Below are positions 39,727 to 48,722 of a stretch of DNA of 60,676 nt, piece by piece. The number at the start of each line of letters is the position of its first letter. Position 1 is the stretch's first letter. The position numbers and the translations under genes are program-made. The stretch covers positions 1 to 60,676 of IMG/VR virus record IMGVR_UViG_3300044731_001504; one strand, given 5' to 3'. The DNA comes from a virus (taxonomy: Duplodnaviria > Caudoviricetes). The notes under the pieces are model-generated. The model did no database searches and was not told where the DNA came from. It worked only from the letters and a program-made list of their open reading frames with translations.

Positions 39727-40050
39727 TTATTTTTCTTCATTTATATTTGTTTCTTCAAGTGGTTCTTCAACACTTGATTTATTTAGTTCAGCTTCCGCCA
39801 ATTGGTTTTTAGCTGAAGTAAAATTTTTAACACCCAAAAGACCTGCGCCAATTCCTGTAAATATAACAGACTGACTTATAATGTCAACACTTTTATCTAT
39901 GAACATTGCATTTATTACCCCCATAATAAATGCTAATCCACCAATAAAAACAATATAAATTCCCGAACTTGAAGTTGCGGAAGTTTTCCCATTAGAATTG
40001 GATGTCATTTCACCAAAGGAAAACTTTTTGATGTTACCAAGTAATTTCAT
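39727..40050 (-). CDS. two-TM membrane protein (holin-like)
   Basis: IYIVFIGGLAFIMGVINAMFI and VIFTGIGAGLLGV; likely start MKLLGN. Confidence 0.55.
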   Translation of the reverse strand: MKLLGNIKKFSFGEMTSNSNGKTSATSSSGIYIVFIGGLAFIMGVINAMFIDKSVDIISQSVIFTGIGAGLLGVKNFTSAKNQLAEAELNKSSVEEPLEETNINEEK

Positions 40051-40069
40051 AAACATCAGATTTAAAAGT

Positions 40070-40195
40070 TTATCTACCCTGACCTCTGTAAGCTTTGGGT
40101 TTCTCTTCTTTAGGACCGTATTTCTTTTTAATTTTACCTGTTTTTTTAGTCCCAAATGTTACTTTACCTTGTTTTGCGTTAACTGCTTTTGCCAT
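40070..40195 (-). CDS. small basic protein ending YRGQGR (41 aa, not in ORF track)
   Basis: MAKAVNAKQGKVTFGTKKTGKIKKKYGPKEEKPKAYRGQGR; ATG lies 2 nt after the upstream stop. Confidence 0.7.
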   Translation of the reverse strand: MAKAVNAKQGKVTFGTKKTGKIKKKYGPKEEKPKAYRGQGR

Positions 40196-40197
40196 AA

Positions 40198-41196
40198 TTA
40201 CTCAAATTTAATGTGAACATAGTTCCCTTTATGTCCTGAACCTTTAATGATATAAGGTGCAGATTTTAATTGTGGTAAAGTATCCATTAAACAATTATAT
40301 GTTTCTTTAGCTCTTGCTTTGGATAATTGTAAGTTACCAGTTCTATCATCATTATTACCAAACACATCATCGTATTCAGTAATTTCTTTCCATTTACCTT
40401 GATTACAATCGTTGTTTTTACATCCTGCAGGAATTCTTGATGTTGATGCTTCAACAGTTACTCTATTGATTTCACCACCATCCTGTAAAAACTTTTTAAT
40501 TGACTCCACAAAACTTGCTCTATGTAAATTTTTTGGTTTACTTTCGTTATCTTGGAAAAACTCCGCAATGTTATAAGACTTAGGTAATTTTAGATTATTT
40601 TTAGATATCCCAAAATCCTCTAAATTTAATTCCATTCCTGTTTCGTGAATTTTCAATCTGATACCATATTTCTTTTTACCTTCAAAATAAGATTGTTCGT
40701 AAAAAATCTCATTTCCTCTAACAGTTTTAACTGGATGTAAATCCTCATCAGCCGAGTCGTTAAAATCAGTTGATACGGTCATTCCAGCAATTACAGGTCT
40801 TCTTTTTTTCAACGAATAAAATATAATAGGAATTTGTTCATTTCCGATATTAACATTATCCTTAACCATATCGGCATAAGTAACTGAATTTTGCATATCG
40901 GAAGTTAAACCAAAATTTTTAAGGTCTTGGACTTTAGATTCAGGATTTTCAACTTCTTGGGTATTTTCAGTCCACTTAATTCCAATTTCATCCGATGATG
41001 GGAATTTAACTGACATATCAGGTTTAAGTTCTTGACCATCTTCCTTTTTTGCCAAATACATATTTTCACCATCAAAGTAAAAAATTTTACCAAAAAGAGA
41101 AAAATATCTCCCATTTTGTTTTTTTTCCTCACTTTCTTTTATTACTCTTCTTACAATTTTATGTAAATCAGAGTATGTTAATTTAACTATTCCCAT
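40198..41196 (-). CDS. leader-bearing protein with OmpA-like C-terminal domain
   Basis: leader VKLTYSDLHKIVRRVIKES; VEASTS...NLQLSKARA resembles the OmpA N..LS..RA motif. Confidence 0.6.
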   Translation of the reverse strand: MGIVKLTYSDLHKIVRRVIKESEEKKQNGRYFSLFGKIFYFDGENMYLAKKEDGQELKPDMSVKFPSSDEIGIKWTENTQEVENPESKVQDLKNFGLTSDMQNSVTYADMVKDNVNIGNEQIPIIFYSLKKRRPVIAGMTVSTDFNDSADEDLHPVKTVRGNEIFYEQSYFEGKKKYGIRLKIHETGMELNLEDFGISKNNLKLPKSYNIAEFFQDNESKPKNLHRASFVESIKKFLQDGGEINRVTVEASTSRIPAGCKNNDCNQGKWKEITEYDDVFGNNDDRTGNLQLSKARAKETYNCLMDTLPQLKSAPYIIKGSGHKGNYVHIKFE

Positions 41197-41209
41197 TATT
41201 TATATTTTT

Positions 41210-42109
41210 TTAAAACCCAAAAAATGTGTTATACAATGTATCTGCATTAATTTTAGATGGGTCACTTAAATTTAGAGAAAAATCTCTAGTTACGTCTTTA
41301 TCTTTAATATCTTTACCAGCAACAACTTTATTTGATGGTGGATTTGCATTAGTATTTTCATTACCATCATTTATATCGGCCTCAGATGGATTTTTAAGCA
41401 TTTCCACCGCTTTGGTAACTCCTCCTTTACCATAATCAATTAACATTTGTCCGGAGGCTTCGGCAACATTTAAGAAATTAGAGTTTGATTTTATTTGTTT
41501 GGCAAAATCCGCCACAAAATCTGTAATTGTTTTTTGGTCTAATCCAAAATCCGTAATTTTTGAAGGTTTGTTATTTGCCAAATTATAAAAATACTTAACT
41601 AATTTACCGTATTTTTGAGAATTGATTGTATCTGCTTGTTGCTGTGATATAAATTGCATATAATAGGCGTATCCATATAACGCAACTGCACTATATCCAT
41701 AATCAGGTATCTCTTGGTCTGTCCCATCTTTAGTTGCATTTTGAGTGTTACCTGATGAGGTTGCCACCGCAGCTGATGATGGTTTACTTTTATATGTGTC
41801 GGTCTGATATTGTTCCGGTACAGCATTACCTGGTCTCCATTTTCCGTCAACCCAAGCATTATATAGTTTTATGTTATCAGTTTCAGTTCCATTTGAACCA
41901 AATTCTTGTTTTATCTCAACCCAAGTTTTATTAATGTTTTCTTTTTTTGCAGAATCTTCAATTTCTTTTCTAACATATGAACCTTGTGGTACAGTTGCCT
42001 CATTTAGCATATTATTCCACTTTTGCTCCATTTCATATATAGTCTTTCCTCTATCAAATGACATTAATTCATATATTCTTGAGAATTCTTTTTTATCAAA
42101 ATTTTTCAT
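41210..42109 (-). CDS. hypothetical protein
   Basis: likely start MKNFDKKEFSRIYELM; MLNEA site. Confidence 0.7.
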   Translation of the reverse strand: MKNFDKKEFSRIYELMSFDRGKTIYEMEQKWNNMLNEATVPQGSYVRKEIEDSAKKENINKTWVEIKQEFGSNGTETDNIKLYNAWVDGKWRPGNAVPEQYQTDTYKSKPSSAAVATSSGNTQNATKDGTDQEIPDYGYSAVALYGYAYYMQFISQQQADTINSQKYGKLVKYFYNLANNKPSKITDFGLDQKTITDFVADFAKQIKSNSNFLNVAEASGQMLIDYGKGGVTKAVEMLKNPSEADINDGNENTNANPPSNKVVAGKDIKDKDVTRDFSLNLSDPSKINADTLYNTFFGF

Positions 42110-42189
42110 TAGGATATTATTTATTGATAAATATTTGCCAAAATGGAAAATATACTTAATCACAAATATTTATTAATAAAAACAAATAT

Positions 42190-42456
42190 ATGGAAAAGTT
42201 AATTAAGAAGTTGTTAAGAGAGATGTCTGAGGATAATCAACCCTCACCAATACATAGGTCAGGTAGATTAGATAAAGAATTAGTTGATGATGTAATCAAT
42301 AGATTACTTGATTCTGACTTTGGTAATGAATATGAAATGAAATTAAGACAACTTAACTCTGAATTTGAACCTACCAAACATAAAAGACCTAAAAGAGTAT
42401 ATTCACCTCTTCCTCCCAATATAAAAGTTATGCGCTCAATTTACCCTGAAGACTAA
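42190..42456 (+). CDS. hypothetical protein
   Basis: 88 aa, MEKLIKKLLRE leader; TATTTAT upstream. Confidence 0.65.
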   Translation: MEKLIKKLLREMSEDNQPSPIHRSGRLDKELVDDVINRLLDSDFGNEYEMKLRQLNSEFEPTKHKRPKRVYSPLPPNIKVMRSIYPED

Positions 42457-42458
42457 AA

Positions 42459-43067
42459 TTAAGATTTAGCAGGGGTTTGAGCCCCATAAGATTTACCAGG
42501 GGTTTGAGCTGGAGTTTGATTAGGGTCTTTAAATTTTGGTTTATTTCCAATACGTGTAGTTTTGTTTCTTCCTGCGTAACAAAAATTACTGTTTCTAATA
42601 ACTTTCTTAAATTCTTTATCGTCGGATGTTGCCTTCCATCCTTTCATCCCTCGTTGTAGATACGTTTCATAGGTGATTTCAACTTCAATAGATTTTCCGC
42701 TACTTTCGGGTCTAAACCATCTAAGAACATTACTTTCATTACAATCAATAATTACCATAACTTCACTATCTATTTCTCCGACTATTTCACCAGTTATTGT
42801 TAGTTTATTTACGTTATCAAATTCAATCCAAGCCGCGGCTTTGTCTCTTTGAAACTGTATAGTTTTATTCCCTTTTACATATTTAAAATATATAGTTTCT
42901 GGCAAATTTTCATCTAAATATTCATCAACCTTTTCTTCTTCAGATTTATCTTCTTCAGATTCTGATTGTTCCTTAATTAAATTCAAATATTGATTTTTAG
43001 ACGATTTAATATGACTCTCTAAAATTCTTTGTTTTTCATTCTCGTCTACATTAAAAAGATTTTTCAT
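42459..43067 (-). CDS. hypothetical protein
   Basis: leader MKNLFNVDENEKQRILESH...LIKEQ; TATTTAT upstream. Confidence 0.7.
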   Translation of the reverse strand: MKNLFNVDENEKQRILESHIKSSKNQYLNLIKEQSESEEDKSEEEKVDEYLDENLPETIYFKYVKGNKTIQFQRDKAAAWIEFDNVNKLTITGEIVGEIDSEVMVIIDCNESNVLRWFRPESSGKSIEVEITYETYLQRGMKGWKATSDDKEFKKVIRNSNFCYAGRNKTTRIGNKPKFKDPNQTPAQTPGKSYGAQTPAKS

Positions 43068-43138
43068 AGCTTTTTTATTATAAATAGTTTGATGATTTAA
43101 AAAAAATACATTATACTTTTACCAAAATAACTAAAAAT

Positions 43139-43564
43139 ATGAGTACAATTAAAAACGGTGATACTGTGACCGTAAATTACACAGGAAAATTAGAAGATGG
43201 AACTGTATTTGACACATCTTTACAAGAGGGTAGAACTCCTTTAACTGCAACTTTAGGTCAAGGTCAACTTATCCCCGGTTTTGAAAACGGATTAATCGGT
43301 ATGGAAATCGGTGAAAACAAGACGGTTGAAATTGAATCAAAGGACGCTTATGGTGATTATAACCCAATGATGGTAAACGAAGTTGAAAAAGATAAGTTTC
43401 CTGAAGGAGTTAAAGAAGGAGATATGTTACAGGGTATGAGCCCTCAAGGACCTGTTAACGTTAAAGTATTGGAAGTTAACGAGTCAACAGTTAAGATTGA
43501 CGCTAACCATCCATTAGCAGGTAAGAAATTATTCTTTGAACTGGAAGTAATTTCAGTTAACTAA
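43139..43564 (+). CDS. FKBP-type peptidyl-prolyl isomerase (SlyD/SlpA-like, no His-rich tail)
   Basis: VNYTGKLEDGTVFDTS, GQLIPGFE, AYG, DANHPLAGK. Confidence 0.92.
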   Translation: MSTIKNGDTVTVNYTGKLEDGTVFDTSLQEGRTPLTATLGQGQLIPGFENGLIGMEIGENKTVEIESKDAYGDYNPMMVNEVEKDKFPEGVKEGDMLQGMSPQGPVNVKVLEVNESTVKIDANHPLAGKKLFFELEVISVN

Positions 43565-43600
43565 AAAACAAAAAACCCCTCTTTTGAGGGGTTTTTTGTT
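43564..43600. terminator. bidirectional terminator
   Basis: AAACAAAAAACCCCTC-tttt-GAGGGGTTTTTTGTTT. Confidence 0.85.
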
Positions 43601-43608
43601 TATCCGTG

Positions 43609-44019
43609 TTACGCAATAAAAAAAGATGAGAAACTAAATTCTAATTCATTACCAAAAAAATTATATTTTTTCAGATTTTTTGGTAAATTCCTATAAAGTA
43701 AATCAATTTCTTTTTTTAGACTTTTATCAAATTTTGAAAGGTTTTCTTGGGCGTTTTTTTTCTTTTCACTTTCTCCGTAAGTATAATAGACAACTTCTAA
43801 ATAAACGTATCGGTTTCCTAATTCTGAAGCTCTATCGGCAATTTTTAATCCCCCTTCTTTTTCAATCAATTCTTTTGTTAAATACAAATCACAAAAAATT
43901 AAATACTCGGTGACATTAATTACCTTAACATCAACAATTCCTGGATTTTTTTTAATAAAATTTTTGATTACAAGTTCAATCCCGTATTCCTGTTCTTTTG
44001 TTAATGTAATGCTTTCCAT
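43609..44019 (-). CDS. hypothetical protein
   Basis: 136-aa ORF. Confidence 0.65.
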   Translation of the reverse strand: MESITLTKEQEYGIELVIKNFIKKNPGIVDVKVINVTEYLIFCDLYLTKELIEKEGGLKIADRASELGNRYVYLEVVYYTYGESEKKKNAQENLSKFDKSLKKEIDLLYRNLPKNLKKYNFFGNELEFSFSSFFIA

Positions 44020-44021
44020 AA

Positions 44022-44918
44022 TTAATCTACAAATTTAACATTAATTTTAACGTCATCAGGATTTAAAATTTTAGTTTTAACAAAAACTTCGCTAGCAAAC
44101 ATATTTTCAACTTCTTTCTTATTTGTATCACTAAAATTATAATGTTTATACATCCTTTTTGGTGATACTTCAGCGTCTATAACTAGTTTATCACCAACTA
44201 ATTCAACATTAGTTATTTTACAGTCAAAAGAAATCTTTGTATAGTCATTATCAATTACAAGAGACATAAAACTATAAAACGAAGAATTTAAAAAATTGTC
44301 TTTATAGTCCTCCATAAATTCGTTAATTCTACTGTTTTTGATTTTTTCTTCGTCAGACCCAGCAACCAAACTTTTCAAATCTTTACTCCTTAAAGTGGTA
44401 GTGTTATATATACCATCTCTTGTAACATTACTATATTGTTTTGCAGTTGCTCTGGAATATCTTTCAGATACAGAATACCATTTTCCATTTTTAAATACCA
44501 AAATAGGATACCATCCATAAGATGTGATTACATATTGTTCAACACCATTCCTGTCTTTTTGCCAATAACCTCTAACATTACTACCTTCAAACGGTATTTT
44601 AGCGTACGCATATTTTCCCGCACTTACATTTGTAACCTTTAATGCTGGAAAATTCTTTTCATTAACAAATTCTTCAGGTTTTATATTTTCATAATCACCA
44701 TTCTCACGATAATTTAATGTATATAAATAATAATATCTTTGAGCTTCCTTTGAATCCTTTCCAATCATTTTTAATCTTTTTTCCAAAAATTCAATAACAC
44801 TTTTTTTGGATTTCAATTCCTTTTTCTTTGACTGAATAAGTTTAAAGAGTAAAATAACTTCGGGAGATAACCTGTTGGTTAATTCCTCATTAAGTATTTT
44901 CTTAATTAAGTCCTTCAT
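44022..44918 (-). CDS. hypothetical protein
   Basis: likely start MKDLIKKILNEE just after TATTTAT; YVITSYGWYPI...YSRATAKQ module. Confidence 0.7.
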   Translation of the reverse strand: MKDLIKKILNEELTNRLSPEVILLFKLIQSKKKELKSKKSVIEFLEKRLKMIGKDSKEAQRYYYLYTLNYRENGDYENIKPEEFVNEKNFPALKVTNVSAGKYAYAKIPFEGSNVRGYWQKDRNGVEQYVITSYGWYPILVFKNGKWYSVSERYSRATAKQYSNVTRDGIYNTTTLRSKDLKSLVAGSDEEKIKNSRINEFMEDYKDNFLNSSFYSFMSLVIDNDYTKISFDCKITNVELVGDKLVIDAEVSPKRMYKHYNFSDTNKKEVENMFASEVFVKTKILNPDDVKINVKFVD

Positions 44919-44955
44919 ATGATATAAATATGACCAATTGTCGTATATTTGCAAT

Positions 44956-45474
44956 ATGAATATATTCTTTTTGGATTGGGACACAGAAAAATGTGCAAAA
45001 TATCATTGTGATAAACACGTGGTTAAGATGATACTTGAAACGGCTCAACTATTGTGTGGTGCTCATCATATGACCCACCAAGTACCCACCAAGTACCCAC
45101 CAAGTACCGACCAAGTAAACGACCAAGTACCGTACAAGTTATCACACAAAAATCACCCTTGTGCTATTTGGACTCGTGAGAGTTTAAGTAATTATCTTTA
45201 CCTATGTGAATTGGGTCTTGAGTTATGTAAGGAATATACATACCGATATGGTAAAAGACATAAATCCCAAGATGTTATTGAGTGGTGTATAACAAATAAG
45301 TTAAACATCGTAGATAAAGGTTTTACTGAACCACCCAAAGCAATGCCTGATGAATACAAAGTCGTTGACGTGGTTGAGTCATATAGAAACTACTATCGTG
45401 GAGCAAAGTCAGGTTTTGCAGTTTGGAAAAATAGAGAAGTTCCTAATTGGTATAGTCTTGAAAAAGTCAGTTAA
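44956..45474 (+). CDS. pyrimidine-dimer DNA glycosylase (endonuclease V-like family)
   Basis: MNIFFLD...CDKHVVKMILETAQLL, HKNHPC..W, EY..RYGK.H, AMPDEY, YR.YY; TATATTTG upstream. Confidence 0.8.
   Translation: MNIFFLDWDTEKCAKYHCDKHVVKMILETAQLLCGAHHMTHQVPTKYPPSTDQVNDQVPYKLSHKNHPCAIWTRESLSNYLYLCELGLELCKEYTYRYGKRHKSQDVIEWCITNKLNIVDKGFTEPPKAMPDEYKVVDVVESYRNYYRGAKSGFAVWKNREVPNWYSLEKVS
45075..45130 (+). repeat. 11-bp tandem repeat (CCACCAAGTAC x3 plus 2 degenerate units) inside the glycosylase gene
   Basis: ccaccaagtac ccaccaagtac ccaccaagtac cgaccaagtaa acgaccaagtac. Confidence 0.85.
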
Positions 45475-45494
45475 GTTATTATTATTTCAAAGTT

Positions 45495-45863
45495 ATGAAA
45501 TCAATAATTGCTGTTAATAATTTAGGGTATATTGGACTGAACAATAAACTCTTATGGAAATCCTCTCAGGATATGTCACACTTCATTAAGATGACAATAA
45601 ACCAACGATTGTTGGTTGGGTATAATACGGCTCAGGATTTACCAAAACTTATAAATAGAACCATTATAATTGATGATAGGGATGAGGTAGTTACAGATGC
45701 TGACTGGTGTATAGGGGGTAAAAAAACATATGAGAAATATGCACCTCATTTTACCGAGTTACACATTTCTCATATAGATAATGATGATATTGGAGATATA
45801 ATGTTTCCTGATTTCAAAAATTTAAATCCAAACTGCAAAATTTTTAATTATTACTTTAAATAA
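45495..45863 (+). CDS. dihydrofolate reductase (short form)
   Basis: IIAV...YIG..NKLLW...DM.HF...T, VGYNT, IGGKKTY, GDIMFP. Confidence 0.75.
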   Translation: MKSIIAVNNLGYIGLNNKLLWKSSQDMSHFIKMTINQRLLVGYNTAQDLPKLINRTIIIDDRDEVVTDADWCIGGKKTYEKYAPHFTELHISHIDNDDIGDIMFPDFKNLNPNCKIFNYYFK

Positions 45864-46427
45864 TTAAACTCCACCTGCCTTGATTCTATCTCTCAATTGG
45901 GTATTACGTTTTCCTGTTCTACCACATTTTGCTCTTTTCTTACGTCTACGTTGTTTGCGACTTCTTTTACGATAGTTAATTCCTTGTTCAGTAATTTCTT
46001 CACCTTCACTCTCATTTTCATCAGCAGCTAAAAGACCCGCTCCAATTACCGCAGCATCGTTTTTAAGTTCGTCAGGAATTTGTATTCCTCCAACAGATTG
46101 ACCCTGTAAAACATCACTTATTGCACTTTCTAATTCAGTAGTGGTACCCAAATTATTAAAAAAATCAAATACTTTATCTAATATACCTGAAGTATCGTTA
46201 TCAGGAACACACATAGGATTGTCGCCAGTGTTTACATAATCGCCAATATTAAATTGGGCTCCGTTTTGCTTTAATATGTCTTGGGTTAATGATATCATAT
46301 CTGAAATTTCAACTTTTGGTTGTACCTCAGGAGCCTCATTAATCATTTTTTTAGACTCTAAAAATCTTTTTTCCAATCTCTCATTTGCCTCTGAAAGATG
46401 TCTTCTTTTACTAAAACTTGTATTCAT
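45864..46427 (-). CDS. hypothetical protein with acidic body and Arg/Lys-rich C-terminus
   Basis: ...EITEQGINYRKRSRKQRRRKKRAKCGRTGKR. Confidence 0.7.
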   Translation of the reverse strand: MNTSFSKRRHLSEANERLEKRFLESKKMINEAPEVQPKVEISDMISLTQDILKQNGAQFNIGDYVNTGDNPMCVPDNDTSGILDKVFDFFNNLGTTTELESAISDVLQGQSVGGIQIPDELKNDAAVIGAGLLAADENESEGEEITEQGINYRKRSRKQRRRKKRAKCGRTGKRNTQLRDRIKAGGV

Positions 46428-46448
46428 TGTTTTTTTTATTTATTTTTA

Positions 46449-46697
46449 TTAATATCTACCTGTTATAAATATCTCAACTACTTCAGGAATTCTTGTACAA
46501 ATGTGTTTTTCTCCATTTGATTTTGTACAATCAATGTATGGAAGTTCTTTAATATACTTTTTAATCTCTTTGGGACCCTTCTTTAGCATATGGACAACAT
46601 AATCCCTACTATAAAGTTTATCAGGGTCGTACGACTCTTTAATCACTCTTTTAATTAGTGAAATTAATTGTGTTTCTATTAATTTTATTTTATTCAT
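46449..46697 (-). CDS. leader-bearing hypothetical protein
   Basis: MNKIKLIETQLISLIKRVIKES. Confidence 0.7.
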   Translation of the reverse strand: MNKIKLIETQLISLIKRVIKESYDPDKLYSRDYVVHMLKKGPKEIKKYIKELPYIDCTKSNGEKHICTRIPEVVEIFITGRY

Positions 46698-46700
46698 ATC

Positions 46701-47249
46701 TTAGTTTATTCTTATTCTAACAGTATATGATTTCAATGTCAGACCTTCTTTATTAAGATGAGACTCTATTTCATCAGTTTTAGTTTTAAATTCATCATTT
46801 TCCCCATATCCGACATTTGCAACTAACATTTCAATCAATGGGTCATCGCTATCCGCACCAAATTCACAAGTTGACCCTTCATACTCATTCTGTATAATTT
46901 TCTTTATTTTTTCACCAACCTCTTCCAAATATTCGTAATTTTTTTGTTGGAAACAAAACCAATAATTTTCTTTTATCCCTATGAATTTTTTAGCATCGTC
47001 TATTAAATTCTCAAATTTTTTAGTTCTTGGTGTGGGGAAAAAAAATCCTTGTCTTGGTCGGTCTATTTTAGGTGCAATACCGTTTCTATAATTTTCATCA
47101 TAAGATGGTGAATTCTTATCCATCTTAGCGCTATCAACATATAATGCCACATATTTACGCCCATCATGCTCAAGAAATCTAAAATCATATTCAGGATTTT
47201 TTGACCTCAATTGCATAAAATGTAATAAAGCTCTTTGTTGATTGTCCAT
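46701..47249 (-). CDS. hypothetical protein
   Basis: 182 aa; TATTTAT upstream. Confidence 0.7.
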   Translation of the reverse strand: MDNQQRALLHFMQLRSKNPEYDFRFLEHDGRKYVALYVDSAKMDKNSPSYDENYRNGIAPKIDRPRQGFFFPTPRTKKFENLIDDAKKFIGIKENYWFCFQQKNYEYLEEVGEKIKKIIQNEYEGSTCEFGADSDDPLIEMLVANVGYGENDEFKTKTDEIESHLNKEGLTLKSYTVRIRIN

Positions 47250-47294
47250 ATCAAATAAATATGTAAATAATTAAAACCCTTAGTTTTTGTTAAA

Positions 47295-47777
47295 TCAATC
47301 CATTCTTCTTATACCGGTCACATCACTATCTCTAGTTTCAGCATCCAAAACTTCAGTATTTACTAACTTACCGTCATATGGGCTTATAGTCCCTTCTTGT
47401 TCTTCAAAAGTATATTTATTAGCGGCAATCCCACTATTATCGGCATAAGATTCCATTTTAACTTTCCAAGTTTGTACCTGATAGACATCTTCTCTAATTT
47501 CCACCTCAACTTCATATAATGAAAATTCAGGTCTAATTAATTTAATCTCACTTTCACTATTTTGTAATTCATTAATATTTAATCTTATGACATTATAGAT
47601 AAAATCAATATCAATCAATGAACTGAATCCAATTTTTTTTAGAACCGACTTATACTCATCATACGTACTTTCCCAATCATACACCTCATTCCACGAGTCC
47701 TCTGTTTTTTTCAATATTTTCATGCATATTGCATATAATAATTTGTTTGGGGCAGTTTCTAATTTAGATTTTTCCAT
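47295..47777 (-). CDS. hypothetical protein
   Basis: 160-aa ORF. Confidence 0.7.
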   Translation of the reverse strand: MEKSKLETAPNKLLYAICMKILKKTEDSWNEVYDWESTYDEYKSVLKKIGFSSLIDIDFIYNVIRLNINELQNSESEIKLIRPEFSLYEVEVEIREDVYQVQTWKVKMESYADNSGIAANKYTFEEQEGTISPYDGKLVNTEVLDAETRDSDVTGIRRMD

Positions 47778-47798
47778 TGTATTTTGTTTTCAATTTTT

Positions 47799-48152
47799 TT
47801 ATTCTTCAGTAAAATATATTCCAATTAATTGGTCCATAGATAATCCAAGTCGCCTAAGACCTACTATTATCATAAATTCCTTTTCAGTTATTTCATTACC
47901 CAAAAAATCCATAAAGAAATAACGTTCTTTATGTTGTCTTTGATATAACCATTTGAAATTCCCAATGGTGATTAAATACATTGGTCCATAATTATTCAAA
48001 TATAAATTAAGTTGCCAACTTGTGATATAATCATCAAATCTCATTGGGACATCATACTTAGTTTGAACTAACTCTATTTTACCTGTAAGGTCAACATTGT
48101 ATTTATCCTTGATAAAACTTTTTAACGATGACTCTGTAATAATATATTTCAT
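47799..48152 (-). CDS. leader-bearing hypothetical protein
   Basis: MKYIITESSL; TATTTAT upstream. Confidence 0.7.
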   Translation of the reverse strand: MKYIITESSLKSFIKDKYNVDLTGKIELVQTKYDVPMRFDDYITSWQLNLYLNNYGPMYLITIGNFKWLYQRQHKERYFFMDFLGNEITEKEFMIIVGLRRLGLSMDQLIGIYFTEE

Positions 48153-48175
48153 TATTAATAAATACCTATTCTAAT

Positions 48176-48201
48176 AAAAAAACCCCAATTAAGGGGTTTT
48201 T
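48176..48201 (-). terminator. intrinsic terminator
   Basis: AAAAACCCC-aattaa-GGGGTTTTT. Confidence 0.7.
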
Positions 48202-48203
48202 AA

Positions 48204-48404
48204 TTAGTTAATACCTTCGTTGAATTTTGTTCTAATCTCCTCTAATTCCTCTTCAGTAAAATCGTCCTCATACTCAATATCTTCAATCCAAGTATCGTAA
48301 TCATCACTACGAGCAATTACAGAGAATTCTCTTCCATCTTCAGTTGTGCCGTCATACTTCTTTAGACAGAACATCAACATTTCATTTTCAAAATCTATAT
48401 TCAT
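48204..48404 (-). CDS. small acidic hypothetical protein
   Basis: 66 aa, strongly Asp/Glu-rich. Confidence 0.65.
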   Translation of the reverse strand: MNIDFENEMLMFCLKKYDGTTEDGREFSVIARSDDYDTWIEDIEYEDDFTEEELEEIRTKFNEGIN

Positions 48405-48406
48405 AA

Positions 48407-48685
48407 TTAGTCAAATCTACATTCGTTTTCTTCGCCTGTAATTTTTTCTCTGATTACACCAGAGTCGCGACAATCTTCCGCCAAACTATCATAAACATCA
48501 TCGTTCACGGCTTTCATATCCCACCAATTTTCTGAAATGTAATTTTGCATTTCTTCTTCGGTCATTCCATTAAGTTCGGGGTAGTCCTCAACATTAATTT
48601 CAACAGGTTCTCTAACAACCATCGTGTTGTAATACTCAACCATTCTAACTGAAATGGTCTTGGGTGTTTCGTTTGTATTTTCCAT
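48407..48685 (-). CDS. small acidic hypothetical protein
   Basis: 92 aa, Asp/Glu-rich. Confidence 0.65.
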   Translation of the reverse strand: MENTNETPKTISVRMVEYYNTMVVREPVEINVEDYPELNGMTEEEMQNYISENWWDMKAVNDDVYDSLAEDCRDSGVIREKITGEENECRFD

Positions 48686-48722
48686 AATATTAATTTTAAA
48701 TAATAATATGAAAAATAATTCA

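Noticed and set aside
39727-40155. Long N-terminal extensions in the ORF track (also 36850, 42163, 44984, 49959, 53134, 58843)
   Set aside because: They arise from upstream alternative starts that cross promoter motifs or neighbouring genes; downstream ATGs fit better and were used instead.
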